Translations under genes and position numbers: made by a program
The notes under the pieces: model-generated
What the model was told of the DNA's origin: nothing
Database searches by the model: none
The model's input: only the letters and a program-made list of their open reading frames with translations
Shown: positions 59,690-64,000 of the stretch, one piece after another
Numbering within the stretch: the stretch's first letter is position 1
How the letters are laid out: each line of letters starts with the position of its first letter
Assembly (NCBI RefSeq): GCF_009914755.1
Contig: NC_060928.1
From: the human T2T-CHM13v2.0 reference genome, Homo sapiens
DNA: 64,000 nucleotides
Strand: one strand, 5' to 3'

Positions 59690-60300
59690 CTTTGTTGAGG
59701 TTTCCATTTTCTACATCCCATAACTTCCTTTTTCTTGGATTATTCCCTCTGTTTAGTGGGGCATCCTTCAGTAGCTTCTCAAGAAACAGTGCATGAGAAG
59801 TAAATATTTCTGACATTGATTATCCAGTAATAATTTTATTCTACTCTCATATTTTATTGATAGTTTGTTCAAGATAGAAATATAGATTGGAAATAATTTT
59901 TCTTCATAATTTTGATGACATTTTTCCACTATTTTTTAGTGTCCAGTATTGCTGTGAGAGATCTGAGACATTCTGATTTCTATTCTTTTCATATGAGCTG
60001 TTTTTCCTCTCAGAAAGTGTGTGGAATCTTCTCTTTTCTTCCAATGTTCTGAAATTTTATATGTGCCTCAATGTAATCTATTTGTACAGATTGTGGGCCC
60101 TTTGAGTTTTGGAGACTCATGTCTTGAGTTCTGAAAAATGTTCTTGAATTATTTATTCAATGATTTCCTTTTTTCCATTTTTATCCAATTTCCTTTCCTG
60201 GAACTCTTATTAAAGTATATCTTTTTTTTTCTAATTTTTAAATATTTTATGTTCTATTTTCCACTTTTTTTTTTAACTTTACTTCTGTGAGATTTTCCTC
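59690..60300 (-). mobile_element. Ancient L1M fragment (similar fragments at 41780-42240 and 54570-54960)
   Basis: T-rich degenerate L1-like sequence (gaaatatagattggaaataatttttc.., tctgaaaaatgttcttgaatt). Confidence 0.45.
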
Positions 60301-61342
60301 TGCTTTCTGAGTCATTCTTTCTTTTCCATCACCATCCTTGGCTATTTCTGAAAAGATCATTAAATACACCACTTCCTGTGCCTGAACAGCCTTCTCAGCT
60401 TGCTTCTTGCCTCTAGAAAGTTGAGGCCCTTGAGGTCCTTTTACATCTTGAACAGGCTCATGCACTTTTAGGGTAGGGTGTGGCTCTCTTGAATATTCAG
60501 CATTTATAATCATTCAAATGAATTTTTATGTATTTGATTCCATTTTATTATGCATGAAAAAACTACACCCACAATTATTTTGAAGACCTGCCTGTCTCTC
60601 TAGAGACAGGTTACAGGTTCTAGCATATCAGGCTTGTGTAGGATCATAGTCTTAAAGTCCATTGCCTATGGACTTTGAGTACTGTTTGAAAGTGTTCTAA
60701 AGCCATTGTGATTCCCAATACTTTACATACAAGTTTTCTTCTTTCTTCTCTAGAAGTTTGTGAAATCTCCTCTTTGTCTCCCATGTTCTACAAATGTGCT
60801 TTCCTGACTCTCTGCTAAGAATGAAGCTCCACAACAACTTTTCTGTGGGATTTACTTGGTTGTTCCATAGGCAGGTTAAACACCACTTGTCAAAAACACA
60901 TCTTCCTCTCGTCTTTGACCAGAACCCTGCTCCTTTGCCTGTATTCCAGCTATTCTTTATTTCTACTGCCATCTATCATTTATCTGGGGCTAACACTAGG
61001 TCTCGTTCATAGCTTCTCTGTACCCCTCATTGCACATACTATTAGGACCATAATCTGATTATTTCTATGTTTGCCTACAAATTTATTGAGTTTTTGTCTC
61101 TTCTTGTTTAACTACTATAAGCTGTAAACTCCTCTCTTCTTGACTACTGTAACAACCTCCTCATGGATGATTCTGCTACATGACTTGGACTCTTAGCAAA
61201 GTTGCTGGTTATTCATCTAAATAGAACTCTGACCTTGGCCTCTGCTTATGAGCTTCAAACTTCTGACTGTTTACAAAGTGAAATAGAGGCTCCTCAACAA
61301 GACACTTGAGGTCTTCCGTGAACTGATTCCTACCTACTTAAC

Positions 61343-62289
61343 TGTCTCAGTCTACTTAGGTGTGATGGTTAATATTAGGGGTCAACTTGATTGGATTGAT
61401 GGATGCCTAGTTAGCTGGTATAGTATTGATCTGGGTGTGTCTGTGAGGGTGTTGCCAGAGGAGATTGACTTTGAGTCAGTGGCCTGGGAGAGGAAGGCCC
61501 TCCCTCGTTGTAGGTGGGCACCATCCAATCAGCTGCCAGTGTGGTTAGAAAAAAAGAGGCAGAAGAAAGTGGGATAACTTTGCTTGCTGAGTCTTCTGGC
61601 TCTGTTTTTCTTTTTTCCATGCTGGACACTTGCTTCCATTCCTCCTACCCATGGACATCGGGCTCCAAATTCTTCAGCCTTTGGACTCTGGGACTTGCAC
61701 CAGCAGCTTCCAGGGGGCCCTCGGGCCTTTGGCCACAGACCGAAGGCTGCACTGTTGACTTCCCTGATCTTGAGGCTTTTGGACTTGGAGCCATTTCTTG
61801 CTTCTCTCTTCCCCAACTTGCAGATGGCCTATCATGGGATTTTGCCTTGGAATCATGTAAGCCAGTTCTTTCTACTGGACTCCCTTTCATATATACATAT
61901 ATCCTACTGGTTCTGTCCCTGTGGGGAACCCTAACTAATACATTAGGCTATAATCAAATACCAGAGACTGCGCAGCTTAAACAATAGACATTTACATCTC
62001 ACTGTTTTAGAGGCCAAAAGTCTTAGATCAGGGTGCCAACAGGTCAAGTCCTGGTGAGGACTTGCTTCATGGTTTCCAGATGGCTACCCTCTTGCTGTCT
62101 CCTCATATGTCAGAGAAAATAAGCCCTGGTATTCCTTTCTCTCTTTATAGTTACACTGATCTCATCATGGGAGCTCCACCCTCATGACCTAATTATCTCC
62201 CAAAGGTCCCACCTCCTAATACCATTACACTGGGGATTAGGGATTCAATATATGAATTTTGAAGGGATACAGATATTTAGTCCATAGCA
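61343..62289 (-). mobile_element. MLT1A-like LTR interrupted by an MLT2 LTR
   Basis: tgtctcagtc..ttagg | ctataatcaaatacca..cttaaacaa..catgacctaattatctcccaaagg..tccatagca. Confidence 0.75.
61361..61942 (+). mobile_element. MLT2 (MLT2A2/MLT2B1-like) ERVL solo LTR
   Basis: tgtgatggttaatatt..gtcaacttgattggattga..ctaataca; perfect TSD ttagg (61356-61360 / 61943-61947). Confidence 0.9.
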
Positions 62290-64000
62290 CTATCTCTTCC
62301 ACTTTATGTCCTCCAGCTTCATGCTTATCATGCATTATAATTTACACTTAGGAAATTTGCAGCCATGCGTTTGTCTCAACAAACGTCATACTGTTCCATA
62401 CTTTGTATATTTGTTGATATTTTTTCTTCTGCCTTGGATGCCCACCCTCCCATTCATCACATGCATGTTCTCAGAATTGAGCTCAGGCATTTCTCTCGGA
62501 AGCTTATTCTCAAGCCCCAAATTGGATCAATTTTCTTTTTCCTTTGATCCCTTAGTACCCCGTACACCTGTAGCTCAGCAAAGGCCCTAATATATTGCCT
62601 CTAACTGTATGTGATGTTCTTCTCATCTAGATTGTAAGCTCCTCAAGTACAGAGATTATATTGTTTATGTTTCTATACCTAGTCATTCAGTGTCTGGCTC
62701 ATGGCAGACACTCAAAAAAGATTGTTACTAAACCAACTAAATATATTATTTTACTCATGTTGTTAATTTATGTTAACTACACCAAACTTTTTGAACATGT
62801 TGCTGGTATCTGTGCCTGTAGTTTATTTTCATTTTCTGTGTTGAGACACTTCATGTCCATGTTATAAATTCAAAACAGTTTTGACATCAACACTTTTTTT
62901 ATAGTCTCAACTTCACATTTATAGCATGCATAAATTTATATAGAGAGACTAACGGGTCCCATTGCAGACATTAGAAAATTGTACTTAGGCTTTAGTAGTA
63001 GGGCATTACCCCAGTGGATTCTCAAATATTTGCTGATGGCTCAGTGAGAAGAGCTTAGATATGGCGGGCGGGGGGCGGGTACAGTATTGTGTCAAAGGTT
63101 AGTTGCTGATGTCAAGGCTAAATTGTGAAGCTTCTGGAATGTCTGTATTATTTATACCCTATAGAGCTGGTTTTGGAGAAGTGAAATATTAGGCATCAAT
63201 AGTTCTTAACGTAGATCTCCGAAGAGATGATAGCAAGCGAGAGGCCCTCTTCTGGCAAGAGTGAAAGGAAAGTGAATCGTTTCAGAAAGCAAGTAATGTG
63301 TGGAAAATGCTTTTTCAACCTGAAGGTGATGCACAATTTTTTACTCTTGAAATCACTATGATTGTTCCTAGGGCCAGTCTGAAAGTTGATTGCCTGTATC
63401 AGCTCTACCAAATTACTAGGCCTTCCATATTCTCCCACGACTCAAGACCAACAAATTTCATATGCCATTTTTCATGGACTCTAGCAGCGATTGTTTCTGG
63501 CTAAAAGGTAACTTTGTCTCATATTCCTCTCCCTTCATCCTATTTTTGAACAGACCCCGCTATCTCTCTATAAGTGTAACTGAGGCCTGGCCAAAGTTAG
63601 TTCTGGTCAGAGTAACCTTTTCAGTGAGGATCCAAGTAGAGCCAATCAAAGAATCCTTCCCTGGGATTTGTATATGGATGGTGTAGAGGGACAGTATCTT
63701 TTCAGTGGGTTTTTAAAGTAGGGCTTTTTGAGTTGCTCCTGGACAAATTTCTTGGTTGCAGTGAGGAAATATACTGATCATTTTGTGATAACATAGAATT
63801 AGAATAATACACAAAGAAAATCAAGGCTGAGAGATAGGGCAGGTGAGAGAGAACATCAGGTGTATTACTCAATTCCACTGTGTCTGAATCTAGTAACCTC
63901 TGAACTCATCAGGTCCATTAACTAATTCAGTGTTTGTTGCTTATACTATTTCTAGTTGTTTCTCTTCCCTTTAACCTGAACATGTACTCACAAACATACC

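Noticed and set aside
61362-61987. Cluster of overlapping ORFs
   Set aside because: They lie almost entirely within the MLT2 LTR.

Overview
AT-rich, L1-dense human genomic DNA; the species call rests on an L1HS-Ta element. I could not support any host protein-coding gene, rRNA, tRNA or CRISPR array, and almost all long ORFs are LINE-1, THE1, Alu or LTR remnants. Bases 1-12130 are an old L1M carrying nested insertions: L1MA > MSTB LTR > Alu plus L1PA, and a MaLR LTR > complete THE1 provirus. Five primate L1 copies are labelled A (1434-4046, +), B (14810-20968, -, full length), C (38692-41550, -), D (42249-54556, -, full length) and E (45243-51334, -, a full-length L1HS Ta-1 nested in D). The strongest signal is that A-E share rare variants in a non-tree-like patchwork, which suggests local non-allelic gene conversion or a chimeric assembly. 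Other points of note are two short non-A blocks in the tail of E (possible 3' transduction tags), a locally templated 120-bp inverted insertion, a 137-bp dispersed duplication, and two very short L1 insertions with similar target sites. Subfamily names and consensus comparisons are from memory and need RepeatMasker/Dfam confirmation.
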